Origin: Octopus vulgaris
Lineage: Eukaryota
Direction of reading: 5' to 3'
Assembly: GCA_951406725.2 (NCBI GenBank)
Contig: OX597825.1
Location: 71,300,001 to 71,364,000 of the forward strand
Length of the DNA stretch: 64,000 nt
Part shown: positions 51,588 to 64,000 of the stretch, piece by piece
How positions within the stretch are numbered: the stretch's first letter is position 1
Layout of the letters: each line of letters opens with the position of its first letter
The notes under the pieces: model-generated
The model's database searches: none
Told to the model about the DNA's origin: nothing
The model's input: the letters and a program-made list of their open reading frames with translations, nothing else
Position numbers and translations under genes: made by a program

Positions 51588-52519
51588 TGATAATTGTGGC
51601 GGCAGATTGTGGCAGATAACGGGGAGACGGATCGCGGTGGTTTATGGCGACAGATTTGTTGGTTGCTCATGTTTTTCATAATGGTTTTTGTGGTATAGTA
51701 GTGTTTCACCAACAACGACCGTTAATAGTCTGTGGTGAATGTGAGGATTATGCAGAAATGATCCTGGGTGGTATAGGAGTGCTGTTGATGTGCTGTTGTT
51801 GGTTGGTAGTCGTGGCAGTTGCAGAAGCAGTGACAGTGGTCGTGGTGGTGGTCATGGACGTAATCGCGGCTGTAACGGATGTGGTTAACAACAAGCATTG
51901 AAATTGGCTTTTAATACGAAGTCCAAGTGTCTAGTCTGCAGTAAATGCTGTTCGAGGTTAGACGATAGCAACCAGGAAGGAAGGAAGGACCTGTTCAGCT
52001 CTGTTCCGTCTGGATAGGTTTTCTTTTGTCCATTAAAATAGAACTATTTAGTTTAATCAATTCGGTGACGAGGGGGTGAGTGGGGGACGAGTAGGGCTAA
52101 AAATTAGACAGATAGATAGATGAAAATTATAGAGCGACGTGAAAGAGATTTAGTGACTAGAAAGTGAAAGGAAGGAAGAGAAAGGGAGAAAGAAGATGAG
52201 AAAAGTAGAGAGAGAAAGAGAGAGGGGGGGGGTTATTAGAGTTTCTGAAATGATGGAGAAAGAAAGAAAAAAAGAAAGAGTGGCGGTGGTGGGAAGAATG
52301 CGAAAGAATGAAAATGTGTAGATGAAGCTTGAACTGCTGGTGTGCTGTGAGAGAGAGAACAACGGAAGATTGAATGAGGGAGCGAAAGAAAACGAAAAAA
52401 ACGTTGTCAGAGGGATTATATATATTAGATATATATATTACAATTTGAAGTGGGAAAGATCGGATGTGATGAAAAGGGGGGAGGAAAAGGTAAGGATGTG
52501 TGCACTAAGTTAGACAAAT

Positions 52520-52792
52520 ATCGTGCGCGTGCCTATGTTGCGTGTATAATTGCATGCGCGCTCGCTTGTGTATGTGCGCGTATATAAAAATTGCTCGCTT
52601 GTGTGTGTGCGCGCGCGTATATAAAAATGCTCGCGTGTTAAATGTGTGTGTATTTGCTCGACATTGCTTGTTGTTTTGCTGCCGTATCGATACGATTGAT
52701 GGATGGATGGATGTCTCGCTCCGTCTATTTACCAAGTGTTGGTGACGTTGCTTCGTCGCCACTCCCCCTCTTTCCCCCTCGCACTCTCCCAC

Positions 52793-52830
<38 letters not shown>
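52520..52830 (+). promoter_or_regulatory. Candidate Pol II promoter
   Basis: Local CpG enrichment, two gcgcg-TATATAAAAA boxes (52581-52590, 52618-52627), TGACGT at 52743 and a (CT)n tract at 52797-52828. Confidence 0.5.
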
Positions 52831-52832
<2 letters not shown>

Positions 52833-53318
52833 AAGCTGCACTACTAAATAAATGATTGCAGCTCTCTCATCACCTTATATCTATTGTTGCTGTTCCCGAG
52901 GTTAAGTCAACTCGAGCCACGATGTAGTATTCTGTTTTTTTTTTAAGGATACCCCAAAAAAAGCTAAAAGAAGATATATTTGAAGTGAAATATATATAGA
53001 GGAAGGCGACAAAACAGGGAACAAATAGAGAACATGGTGCCGTGGAAAATGACGGACGACTGTGCTGCCAAGTTTGTGAGTCAGTGTAGCGTGTTGTCAA
53101 AGACTGGTGTTGTCTTCGTGTTGTTCTTGTTGCTGCATTCTCTGCCAGAAAGACCAACAACAACAGCAGCAGCAGCAGTAGCAGGACTACCTTGATGTTT
53201 ACCACACAATCTAAAAATTAATCTGACTGATTATATAAAAAAAAAAAAACACCACCGAAAAAGAAAAGAAAAAAAAACAAAACAAAACAAAACAAAAAAG
53301 TTACTCTATCAAATCAAA

Positions 53319-53366
<48 letters not shown>

Positions 53367-53764
53367 CAAAAAAATAAGGAGAGCAGCAAGTGGAACAGGA
53401 ATAAATACGGAATATATATATGTATATATAATCAAGGCATTCGGATGTATTGGAATTCTATCGTCTAAAGAGATTTAATGGAGATAAAGCAGAGGACGAA
53501 CCAGGGAGGCCAGAGCCTCTCTTCATCCACCTGCTGCTTGCTTCATTCATATATGGCACTTCCAAAAGTAGATTTGTAGCCCTTCGCTACTCCCGGCTGC
53601 TTTTTCTCTCACTCTGTAAACCCAGGGTTTCCGACTTCACTTCACCTCATCTCACCTCACCTGAGCTGAGCTGAAACAGAGAAGCAGACGGCCGGCCCTT
53701 AAATACCTATCCCTCCTTCGTAGGTCCCCTCCCCCGGCAAATAATCACCACCATTTCTGCACAG
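52830..53764 (+). other. Candidate first exon (5' UTR with short uORFs)
   Basis: SINE-free sequence downstream of the putative promoter, ending at a strong donor CAG|GTAGGT (53765) followed by T-rich intron-like sequence. Start is approximate. Confidence 0.5.
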
Positions 53765-54873
53765 GTAGGTTATCCTTGTTTTTGTTTTTTTTTGTTTTTT
53801 CTTTTTGCTGTTTTGTAGGGTTAAGCTCATTTTATTTACTGGTTTATGTCATGTTGTTGTTTTAATTTACATTTGAATTCGCTATTCCACGTGAAGAATT
53901 ATAACACGAGTGACATGTTTTGCGAGATAATTGTTACTCCCCGTGCCTCCTAAGTCCACTGCTTTTACATAAACCTCCAATTTTTAGTCCCTCTCATGCT
54001 GCCATTCGGATGCAGGTGAATATTAATAATCATTGTGACAAATCATTTTTTTCTTTTAAGAAAAATTCATTAGGCCCCGGCGAGTAAAATCAGTATCTCA
54101 CCCTGCTTTTATCTCCAAGTTAAGGTGTTATTTCATTGAAACTAATGCCGTAGGTCGACCCTTTCAAACAGGGAAGACTACATTTTACAAGCAATTTTTT
54201 GTATTAATTAAAAAAAAAAAGGGTTTATTCATTCATTTGTTATCAATATTTATATCCTTTATAAAATAATATTTCGATATGTAGCAATAATGCTTCGTTG
54301 TTGCACCGAATACTCGGTGTTTGTCAAGGCTGGACGTTAGAGGTTTTTCTTTTTCCTACCCTAGAGACCTAAACAAATTTAGAGTTAAAAACACGGTGGA
54401 TTGGTTATTAAGTATGCATTGTGCACCAAAATTAGAAATTAAAGTTGCTTAAAGCATTACTTTTATTGTTGTTATACTATAGAAGGGATTTTGGTGCGAG
54501 AATTAAATATTTTCTTCTTCTTTCGCTTTCCTTTTCTGTCTCCCGTCTCGTCCTTTATGCTTATTCTTTCCTTTATTCGACATGACCAACTTTCAATTTC
54601 TCTTTATACACAAAGGAAACGTAAAAATTACATACACACACATACTGGTAAATTTAAAGAAAATATTAGTTAATAATTAAAAGCGCAACTGAATAGCAAT
54701 TAGCAGTCGCTAATTTAGTTATTGAATGATTTTCTCAGTCATTCGGATCGCCAGTTTGTGTTTCCGAGTAAAGAAAAAAATAAACTTGAGACTTCTGTTT
54801 TGTTCGAAGTCTCGATGTTCCGAGTTCGAAATTCATTCAGAATAAATCTGAACCTTTAACCTTCATTTATTTC

Positions 54874-54934
<61 letters not shown>

Positions 54935-55453
54935 GTATTTAGTCAAAGGGAATTATTCAGTTTTATCATAGAATCGTTTGTGGTAAAGAATATATTTTTT
55001 GTGTCGTTCATGAAGTGGACAGTGACCATAGCCTATCCAACCATATTTCTAGGCTTGACGTATATATATATATATATTTTTTTTTTGAAGTCTGATACTG
55101 AGTCCTGTTCACAGGTTGAGTTCAGACGAGATGGACGTAGCCTATTTCGTTTTGTATTTTTGTAATTTTCTTTTTCGCGGACGTTGAACTTAAGTACCAA
55201 CCAACAAACGTATTAAGATGTATAACTACTTCATTTTTTTCCTCCACCACAAATGACCTTGTGTAATTTAATCGGAAGAAATACCTTAATTATAATCAGC
55301 AATTAGCATCACTGCCGCCGCCCCCGTTCTCAGTACAACTGCTGCTGTTGATGCTTCAACAACGTCTACTAATTCTTGTGTTGGCTTTGACCGTTTTGTT
55401 CCAATGTTAATTTTGCTCTTCCTTCTGTTAACGAGATAATCTCTATTTTCGCA

Positions 55454-55503
<50 letters not shown>

Positions 55504-58500
55504 TACATATGTGTGGTGTGCTCGCGTGTTTATAAAAGAGAGAATCAGAAAGATTTCGTTTCACATTCGTCCTAACATTTAAAGCTTCATCTCTTTCTCT
55601 CTCTCCCCCACACATACTCGCTCTCTTTGATTTCCACTACTGCCGCCACGCTCGCCAACAGCCATTTCACACTTCTGTTTACTGTTGTTTTCATTGTGAA
55701 TTGCTCTTGTCGCTACTATTACTGGCTTGTTATTGCTTAATGGATTGCTACCATAGCTGGGTATACTTGTGTCAGTGCAAATTCACTCAAGCAAATCGGC
55801 TTCTTGTGTTTGCTCGGAATTTTAAATAAATCCTCCTCTGGACATCAGCAGCAGCCGCAACCACTACCACCACCACAACCACTACAACAACAACAACAAC
55901 AACAACAACAGTAAGGAAACTATAGCAACAACCTCGATACCAGGATCGCTCCCCAAGCCACCGCATAGCATGCTACTATCATGGCTATCACTGCCAACCA
56001 CCCCTCTACAAAACCATGCACCGACATTTTTACTATTCTCTGTTACTTTCACAGTCACTAACTCTTCCCCCCACACCCCGGTAGCTACCCGCTATCACTT
56101 GATAACCTCCAGTTATCACCAGTGATACTACCATTATAACTTCCCATCACTATCGTTGGTACCACCACTTATAACCCTTCATTGGCAATGCTGATATTAT
56201 ACCCATAGTCATCCATTATTATTACCATTGATAACCACCCGTAATTATCGCAGTCGCTATTACTACAGCTGCACTATCAACATACCCCGACGTATTGCCT
56301 CCACCACCACCACCACCTCCCACCACCATCATCATCATCATCATATTTATCATTGTCACCAGTGACTCTATGTAACACATCACAGACTCCATCTCTACCT
56401 CTGTTATCTTAGCCAGTTTCCACATTCACAACTGCTGCTTCCATTCACTACCAACGCTGAGAGTTACAGTGTGGTTACTTGCTTGACCTTCTAGAAACAG
56501 TTGCTAAATTTCCCTCTTGCTATACATTACTGTCTTGTAAAATGGAAGGACGTGATGAATGATGTACACCTGAAGACTGTGTTTTAACCTCCTTGCTACC
56601 AACTTGTTTGAGTCTGACCTGGGTTCCTGTTTTAAAGTGATCTAAATAAAGACCTGTTGAAATTTCACGTTTATGTTCCAAACACCAACTTAATAATTGT
56701 TTCAAATTTTGGCACAAGGCCATCAATTTTTTCTTTTTTTTTTTGGTGGGGGTGGTTTAGCCGATAATCTAACTTCCTGTACTTGAATAGTACTTTATTA
56801 TATTGACCACGAAAGGCAAAGTTGACCTCGGTAGTTTTTAACTCAGAAATGTTGCGAAGCTTATTCACAGATGCACTAACTATTTTACTAAATTAATTGC
56901 TTTCAAAATGAAAATGAAAGCAAAATGGGATATTTCGGCAGAAGTATGATGACAAAAAGGTCAAAGAAGAAAAATGGTCTGGTCAAGATTGTAAAGTTTT
57001 CCTCATAGTTCTGTTCAATCAGCAGCAACTTTGGACTAAGGCTTCATCACTATCCCTATCATCACAATCATTATTTGTTGTCCACTTTTCCATGCTTGCA
57101 TGGGTTAGATGAAGTTTGTTGAGGCAGATTTTCTATGACTGGATGCCCTTCTTGTTGCCAGCCCTTACTTTAAAGGCCGTCCAGCTGTAGAAACAATGCC
57201 AAAGTAGAGCTTGGTGCAGCCCTCTTACTTGTCAGTTTCTGTTGAATCATCCAACCCATGCCAGCATGGAAGAAGGGATGTTAAATGACAATTCTGTCCA
57301 ACACTATGACAACCCTGCCAGTTTACTGTCACTTTAGTCAGACCACTTCACATCTTGGGTTCAAATCCATTGCCTTGGATGACAGCAAATTTTATATGAC
57401 CCTTGGTTGCTAAAATAAGCACCAACCAAATCCTGGAGGTTGGTTTAGTCTCCCAAATGACTGACCATACACATATGTTCAGTGTCAGACAAAATACTTT
57501 ACCATATTTCTTCTGGTTCTTTATTTAACTGAGTTCAAATTTTGAGCTCAGTTTTGCTTCTTGGCCTTCTTAGTTACACAAAGTATCAATCAAATATTTC
57601 CCAAAATTTCTGGCCTTCTGCTGATGAAAAAACTGTTGTCAAAAGCAATGTTCACATCTAGTCAGAGGTCAATTTTGCCTTTCTTCCTTCCAGAGTCAAG
57701 AAAATGAAGTACAGTCTAGTACTAGGGTTGACAGTATTGACTACTTCCCTTCTGCTCAAAATCCCTGGCCTTGTGCCTAATTCAGAAACTATTATATTAA
57801 AGGCTCTGTTAGAGTGCCAGAATAATACTCCTGTGGAATTTCTTCCATCTCTTTATTTTGCTCAAGTCAACTTTGTCTTTTATCTCTCTGGAGTCAGTAA
57901 AATAAAGTACCAGTGTGGTACTGGGGACAATGGCTTTGACCACAAAATTGCTGGCTTTGTGCCTGAATCAGAAACCATTATTTTTGTTAATTATAGCTGT
58001 GGTGTTAAGAAGTACACTTTGCAGTCATGTGGCTTTGGGTTCAATCTCACAGCCTGGCATCTTGAGTGTCTTCTACTGTAGACCTGGGCTGATTAATTCT
58101 TTGTGAGTAAAATTGCTAGATGAAAACTGTTTCAAAACACATTATATATGTGTTTGTGTGTGTACACAGGCATATAACATCATTTAATGTCCACTTTTTC
58201 CTTGCTTGCATGGGCCAGGCAGAATTTGTTGAGGCACATTTACTCAGGCCAGACACCCTCCTTGTTGCTAATCCTCATCTTTTTTCAAGCAATGTAGCAT
58301 TTCCCATTACCAGATATCTTTTGTTTTTTTTATGACAGATTGGAAATGAACATTACTTGTATGCTTGTTTATAGCCATCATGTGATGTCAAGACAAAGGT
58401 ATACATACATACATACATACAGACGCGCATGCATGCACATAACAGGTTTCTTTCAGTTTCCTTCTACTGAATTCACCAGCACCTTGGGGCAAGTGTCTTC

Positions 58501-58697
58501 CTCTGTAGCCTGAAGCTATATTAGAAAACACTTGCCCAAGGTGCTCGTGCTGTGCAGTGGGATGGAACCCAAGATTACACGGTTGGGAAGCAAGTTTCCT
58601 AACCCCTCAGTCATTCTTCTACACCCCTCCCCACCACACACAATTGGTCAGTTGTTCATAAGTCTGAAAAAAAAAAGCTATTTTGAGCCGTAATATA

Positions 58698-58916
58698 TTA
58701 TGTAGTTGTTGGACTTCACTGGTCAGAAAGTTACCATTGGTTTCACATCTATTTTTGCTTTGAGCAATATAGGGGATTCAAGAGACTTACCGGCCAGAGG
58801 AGCATAACCTCTTTAATTGGTCAGCAGGTCAGATGAGTCTCCTATATTGCTAAGGGCACTAACAGATGTGAAACCAATGATAACTTTCTGATCGGCCAAA
58901 ACCAAAGACTACATAA
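58698..58916. mobile_element. Fold-back MITE-like inverted repeat
   Basis: Imperfect arms of ~90 bp, e.g. ggtcagaaagttaccattggtttcacatct / agatgtgaaaccaatgataactttctgatc. Confidence 0.7.
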
Positions 58917-58944
58917 AAACATAGATACATACATTTATATATTG

Positions 58945-58984
<40 letters not shown>

Positions 58985-59399
58985 ACATTATTGTGTATTT
59001 CTTTGTATCTCATCTCTTAACAACTGGAGTTGGTTTGTTTATGTCCTTGTAATCTGGTGGTTCAGCAAAAATATGCAAAAAGGTAGAATAAGTACAAGAT
59101 GTAAAAAAACAATATGTACTGGGTTTGATTTAATCAACTAAAACCCATGAAGGGCTGCCGACTGTGAAACCTAATTATCAACATAATAATAATAATAATA
59201 ATAATCCTTTCCACTATAGGCCCAAGGCCTGAAATTTTGTGGTGGGGGACTGACTAGTTGATTACATCGACCCCAGTGTTTCACTGGTACTTAATTTATC
59301 AACCTTGAAAGAATGAAAGGCAAAGTCGCTCTCAGCAGAATAATAATAACGATAATAATTATTTCAAACTTTTGCCAAAAGGGCAGCTTGGGGAGGTGG

Positions 59400-59930
59400 G
59401 GATGAGTCAATTTCATCTTCCCCAGTGCATGACTGGTACTTATTTAATCGACCCCAAAGGGACGAAAGGCAAAGTCAATCTCGGAGGAATTTGAACTCAG
59501 AATGTTGCGGCAGACAAAATACCTATTTCTTTACTACCCACAAGGGGCTAAACACAGAGAGGACAAACAAACGGATTAAGTCGATTATATTGACCCCAGT
59601 GCATAACTGGTACTTATTTAATTGACCCCAAAGGGATGAAAGGAAAAGTCGACGTCAGCAGAATTTGAACTCAGAATGTTGCGGCAGACGAAATACCTAT
59701 TTCTTTACTACCCACAAGGGGCTAAACACAGAGAGGACAAACAAGGACAGACAAACGGATTAAGTCGATTATATTGACCCCAGTGTGTAACTGGTACTTA
59801 ATTCATCGACCCCGAAGGAATGAAAGGCAAAGTTGACCTCAGTGGAATTTGAACTCAGAATGTTGTGGCAGACAAAATACTGCTAAGATTTCGCCCAGCA
59901 TGCTAACAGTTCTGCCAGCTCGCCGTCTTA
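59400..59930 (-). mobile_element. SINE family B multimer (about 2.7 units)
   Basis: Junctions aaatacctatttc near 59517 and 59691. Confidence 0.85.
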
Positions 59931-60928
59931 ATAATAATGATTATGAGCTGGCATTGAGGTAGCAAGGTGGTCGAATTTGTTAAACACACTGGGCAAAATG
60001 CTTAGCAGCATTCCATCCATCTTTATATTCTTCTGAGTTCAAATGCCGCCGGGATCGACTTTGCTTGCATCTTTTCAGCAGCTCGATAAAATAAGTACCA
60101 GTTAAATACTGGGAGTCGATGTAATTGACTTTTCCTCCTCCCCCAAGCTTGTTATTCTTGTGCCAAAATTTGAAATCATCATCATCATCTTTATTATGAT
60201 TATGCTGATGTTGACTTTGCTTTTCATCATTTTGGGATCGACAAAGTACCAGTCATGTACTGGGGTCGATGTAATTAACTAGCCCTTCCGACAAAATTTC
60301 TTTATCATTATTATTATTATTATTATAATTCTTCTTTGCTTCCTCTCACCTCACTACTCTCTTTCTCTTCGTCATATGTTTCTATTTATGGAACACCAAT
60401 AATGCTGTAACCTTTATTTTCCCTGCTCATAACTCCCACCTCATCCACTTCGTTCATTCTTCTTTTCTTTGCCATTCAATCCAAAATTCTGTATTCCTTT
60501 AGTTTTCTCCTTTATTCGCTCTCTCTCTCTCTCTACTCCTACACTTCTCCTCTCTACATATGTTGACACTTTTAACATTCACACACATACAACTACATAC
60601 ATGTATGATACTCTCACATACATACATTCATGCAGATGTATACAAACACACACACACACACTTTTATGCATATGCATGCACATTTGCACTTGAATACGTG
60701 CATGTTGCAAGCAGACACAAACATACATGCACATGAAGAATTTACAAATTTACCAAAAATTGAAGAACACCAATATGCAATATCTACACTTAGACATGTC
60801 AAGACACAAGCGCTGGTGCATAAGCACAGGTGCACATGCACATACACACCCACCCACACATACATGCAAATATACATACATGTACATTCACCTGCAGATA
60901 TATACAACCTTATTGATATTGACATATA

Positions 60929-60971
<43 letters not shown>

Positions 60972-60974
60972 TGT

Positions 60975-61052
60975 CACAGAAACACACACTTGCACTCACT
61001 CACTCATACACACACACAATAATATGCAAACAGGTACAATCCTACATAAATG

Positions 61053-61085
<33 letters not shown>

Positions 61086-61184
61086 ATAAACATGTGCACA
61101 CACATTAACACGCAAACACACACTCGCACTCACTCATACATACACAGTCAATAATATGCAAACATATACAATCCTACATAAATG

Positions 61185-61226
<42 letters not shown>

Positions 61227-61346
61227 TAAATGTGTGTGTGTGTGTGTATATAAACACATGTGCATATACATTAACATGCAAACACACACTTGCACTCACT
61301 CATACATACACACAATAATATGCAAACATACAATCCTACATAAATG

Positions 61347-61389
<43 letters not shown>

Positions 61390-61545
61390 ATAAACACATG
61401 TGCATACACATTAACACACAAACACACACTTGCACTCACTCATACATACACATACAATCCTACATAAATGTATATATATATATATGTGTGTGTGTATAAA
61501 CACATGTGCACACACATTAACACACAGACACACACACACTCATAT
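60975..61545. repeat. Compound tandem repeat (~130-150 bp unit with internal (TA)n(TG)n)
   Basis: About four copies of cacttgcactcactcataca...caatcctacataaatg...acacattaaca. Confidence 0.85.
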
Positions 61546-61934
61546 ATATACTTATGCGCTCACTTGATTTTAACTGAGTGTTTTGCAACAGATGTATTTG
61601 AATGCTACTCTTTCTCTGTCTGCCCATCACAGCTATTATCTTCCTGTATTCACATTTTTTTTAGACAGGAATGTAAATACCAAACGATGATCGTTATAAA
61701 GGGAAAATTCCTCCAGGCTGTTTTCCACTGACAAAATAAACCGAGGGATTTCATATTTAATATTCTTCCTGTGAAAATTCATTCGTTTGTTTTTTCCTTT
61801 TTCTTTACCTTTTGGTTTCTTAGAAAAGAAGGAAGAAAAATGTTTGATTCCTGCCAAGTCTTTGTTGTTGTTGTTGTCAGGCCCCAGGCCAGCCCTGAAT
61901 GAGCATAAGCTGTGATCATGTTGTCTTTTTTATG

Positions 61935-62470
61935 GACATAATGTACCTAGGACTATATTATGTAATGTGTTTGGCTGTGGTTTGAGAGAAATTTTGTTGC
62001 CATGTTCTTGCAGGTCATAATGTATCCATTTAATGTGCAGTCTGTGTTTTGCAGGTCATAGTGTATCTAGGGCTATATCATTTAATGTGCTGTCTGATTT
62101 AAAAGCAATACGGTCAGTGTTTTTGCAGGTCATAATGTACCTAGGATTACATTATTTAATGTGCTGTCTGATTTAAGGGCAATATGGTTAATGTGTTTTT
62201 TGCAGGTCATAATGTACCTAGGATTACATTATTTAATGTGCTGTCTATGATTTGAGAGAAATTTGGTTGCTGTGTTTTGCAGGTCATTGTGTATGTAGGA
62301 CTACACAGGGTGTCCATAAAGTCCCTTTACAATATTGAGTTTAAACGTATGGAAGTTGTAAAGATAATTCATAGACACCCTATATTACTTAATGTGTTGG
62401 CTGTGATTTAAGAGAAATTTAGTTGCTGTATTTGCAGGTCATAGTGTATCTAGGACTACATTATCTAGTG
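61935..62470. repeat. Degenerate tandem repeat (~60-80 bp unit)
   Basis: gcaggtcata(a/g)tgta(c/t)ctagga..acattatttaatgtg recurs about seven times. Confidence 0.8.
62306..62382. mobile_element. Tiny Tc1/mariner-like MITE
   Basis: Imperfect TIRs CAGGGTGTCCATAAAGTCCCTTTACAA / TTGTAAAGATAATTCATAGACACCCTA; interrupts a unit of the surrounding tandem repeat. Confidence 0.55.
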
Positions 62471-63135
62471 TGTCCTATATTATTTTAAAAGATGGTAAAA
62501 TATGATTTGTTATTTCTTACAATAGGATAGATTATCTGATATATCCTATTTAAAAAAAAAATATTAGAATGCAATTTGAGGGAGATTTGGTTACTATTTC
62601 TAATAGGCCAGTCTGGCATTCCCATACCCAATGAACTCTTTTTCCTTAAGATGACTGCTATTTCTAGCTAGTTTATTATCCACATGGAGACTTCTTCGGC
62701 TTAGTTTTTCAAGTGTTTCATTCATCTGTGTCTATTTTATGTATATTTTTATGTATATATGTATGCATATATGTGTATATGTCTATGTAATACATACATA
62801 CTATATATATAAATATATTTTAGCTATTGTTGCATTTACAGACATGTAAACACCTTGCCTTTATATAAACAGCTGTATGTACAGGTAAAGGGTGATCAGG
62901 TGGTCTAGTTTCAGTCCTGTGTTGGGATTTCCTCAACCACTAACTACTTCTTTGTCTATGGACTATGGAAACACTGCTTTTAAATCCACTATTATAAAGG
63001 GATAAATTAAATTGGTTAGACCAATTTGCGTATATAATATATTGTTGATAGCTTGTAATAGTTGTTTGTAAGCTATCAACTTACAAGTACATCAACATCA
63101 AAATAAATATCAAATGGAAATTGTAATTCTGATAC

Positions 63136-63454
63136 CTGTGCCGGTGGCACATAAAAAGCACCATCCGAATGTGGCCAATGCCAGCGCTGCCTTGACTGGC
63201 TTCTGTGCCGGTGGCATGTAAAAAGCACCAACCAATCGTGGTCACTGCCAGCCTCCCCTGGCACCTGTGCCAGTGGCACGTAAAAAGCACCCACTACACT
63301 CACAGAGTGGTTGGCATTAGGAAGGGCATCCAGCTGTAGAAACACTGCCAGATCAGACTGGAGCCTGGTGCAGCCTCCTGGTTTCCCAGACCCTGGTCGA
63401 ACCGTCCAACCCATGCTAGCATGGGAAACGGACGTTAAACGATGATGATGATGA
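63136..63454 (+). mobile_element. Family C element
   Basis: Same layout as 40478-40802. Confidence 0.82.
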
Positions 63455-64000
63455 TAGGTATGAAGAGAAGATAAAAATCACTATAAATTGGCCCAGCAGG
63501 AATAAGTCAACAACAGAACCTCTTTGCATTGGCTTGACATGCTAGAAATGGTAGGCAAACCCACATTGCTTTCTATCATCCACCATATATGACATGATAG
63601 ATAATGCAGTTGAGGGCTTATTAATTATGCCTGGAGTGGTGGATGGGGGTAAAACCCCGAACAAATATATAGGATGATCTCTGCTGGAATGTTTTTGATC
63701 ACAGGTCTGCTTGATCAGAGCTAATCTGGGGATAAACAACAATATCAACACTACCATCACTGTCAGTGTTACGACCAACAATAATTACTTCAATATTTAC
63801 AGCTGTTTCACATCTGAATGTATGAGTAGCTGGAGGGGGGTGGGGTGGGGTGGGGGAGATATTGATAAGAAACCTAACCAGTTTGTTATTGCATAAAAAT
63901 TGCTTGCTTGTTTTGTTGTTTAATCCATATGTAGGCTACACCAGATATGGAATTAATCCCATTCATATTGGATTGCAATTAAACTGCAGAACTGACACGA

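Overview
Eukaryotic, AT-rich, repeat-dominated genomic DNA. The SINE repertoire and the (TA)n/(CA)n load look like an Octopus (coleoid cephalopod) genome; this is recognition, not a database result. No complete host gene is present. The only convincing long ORF is a 5'-truncated, frame-intact CR1-type LINE reverse transcriptase (25942-27288, minus); nearly all other listed ORFs are microsatellite or SINE artefacts. The window holds many copies of at least five SINE-like families (my labels A, B, C, D, F) and several MITEs (piggyBac-, Merlin-, mariner- and Helentron-like). Host-gene traces are tentative: a 23-nt microexon, a short terminal-looking exon at 36.0 kb and a CpG-rich promoter/first-exon region at 52.5-53.8 kb. 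Highlights: (1) Penelope-type minimal hammerhead ribozymes in (TA)n-embedded elements, including a fold-back element with one hammerhead per strand and a hammerhead with an enlarged stem II; (2) a LINE 3' end sharing a covarying stem-loop with the family A SINE tail; (3) family B SINE multimers with recurrent junctions inside single target-site duplications; (4) (TA)n tracts acting as landing pads for nested insertions; (5) several near-perfect palindromes. Most SINE boundaries are approximate.
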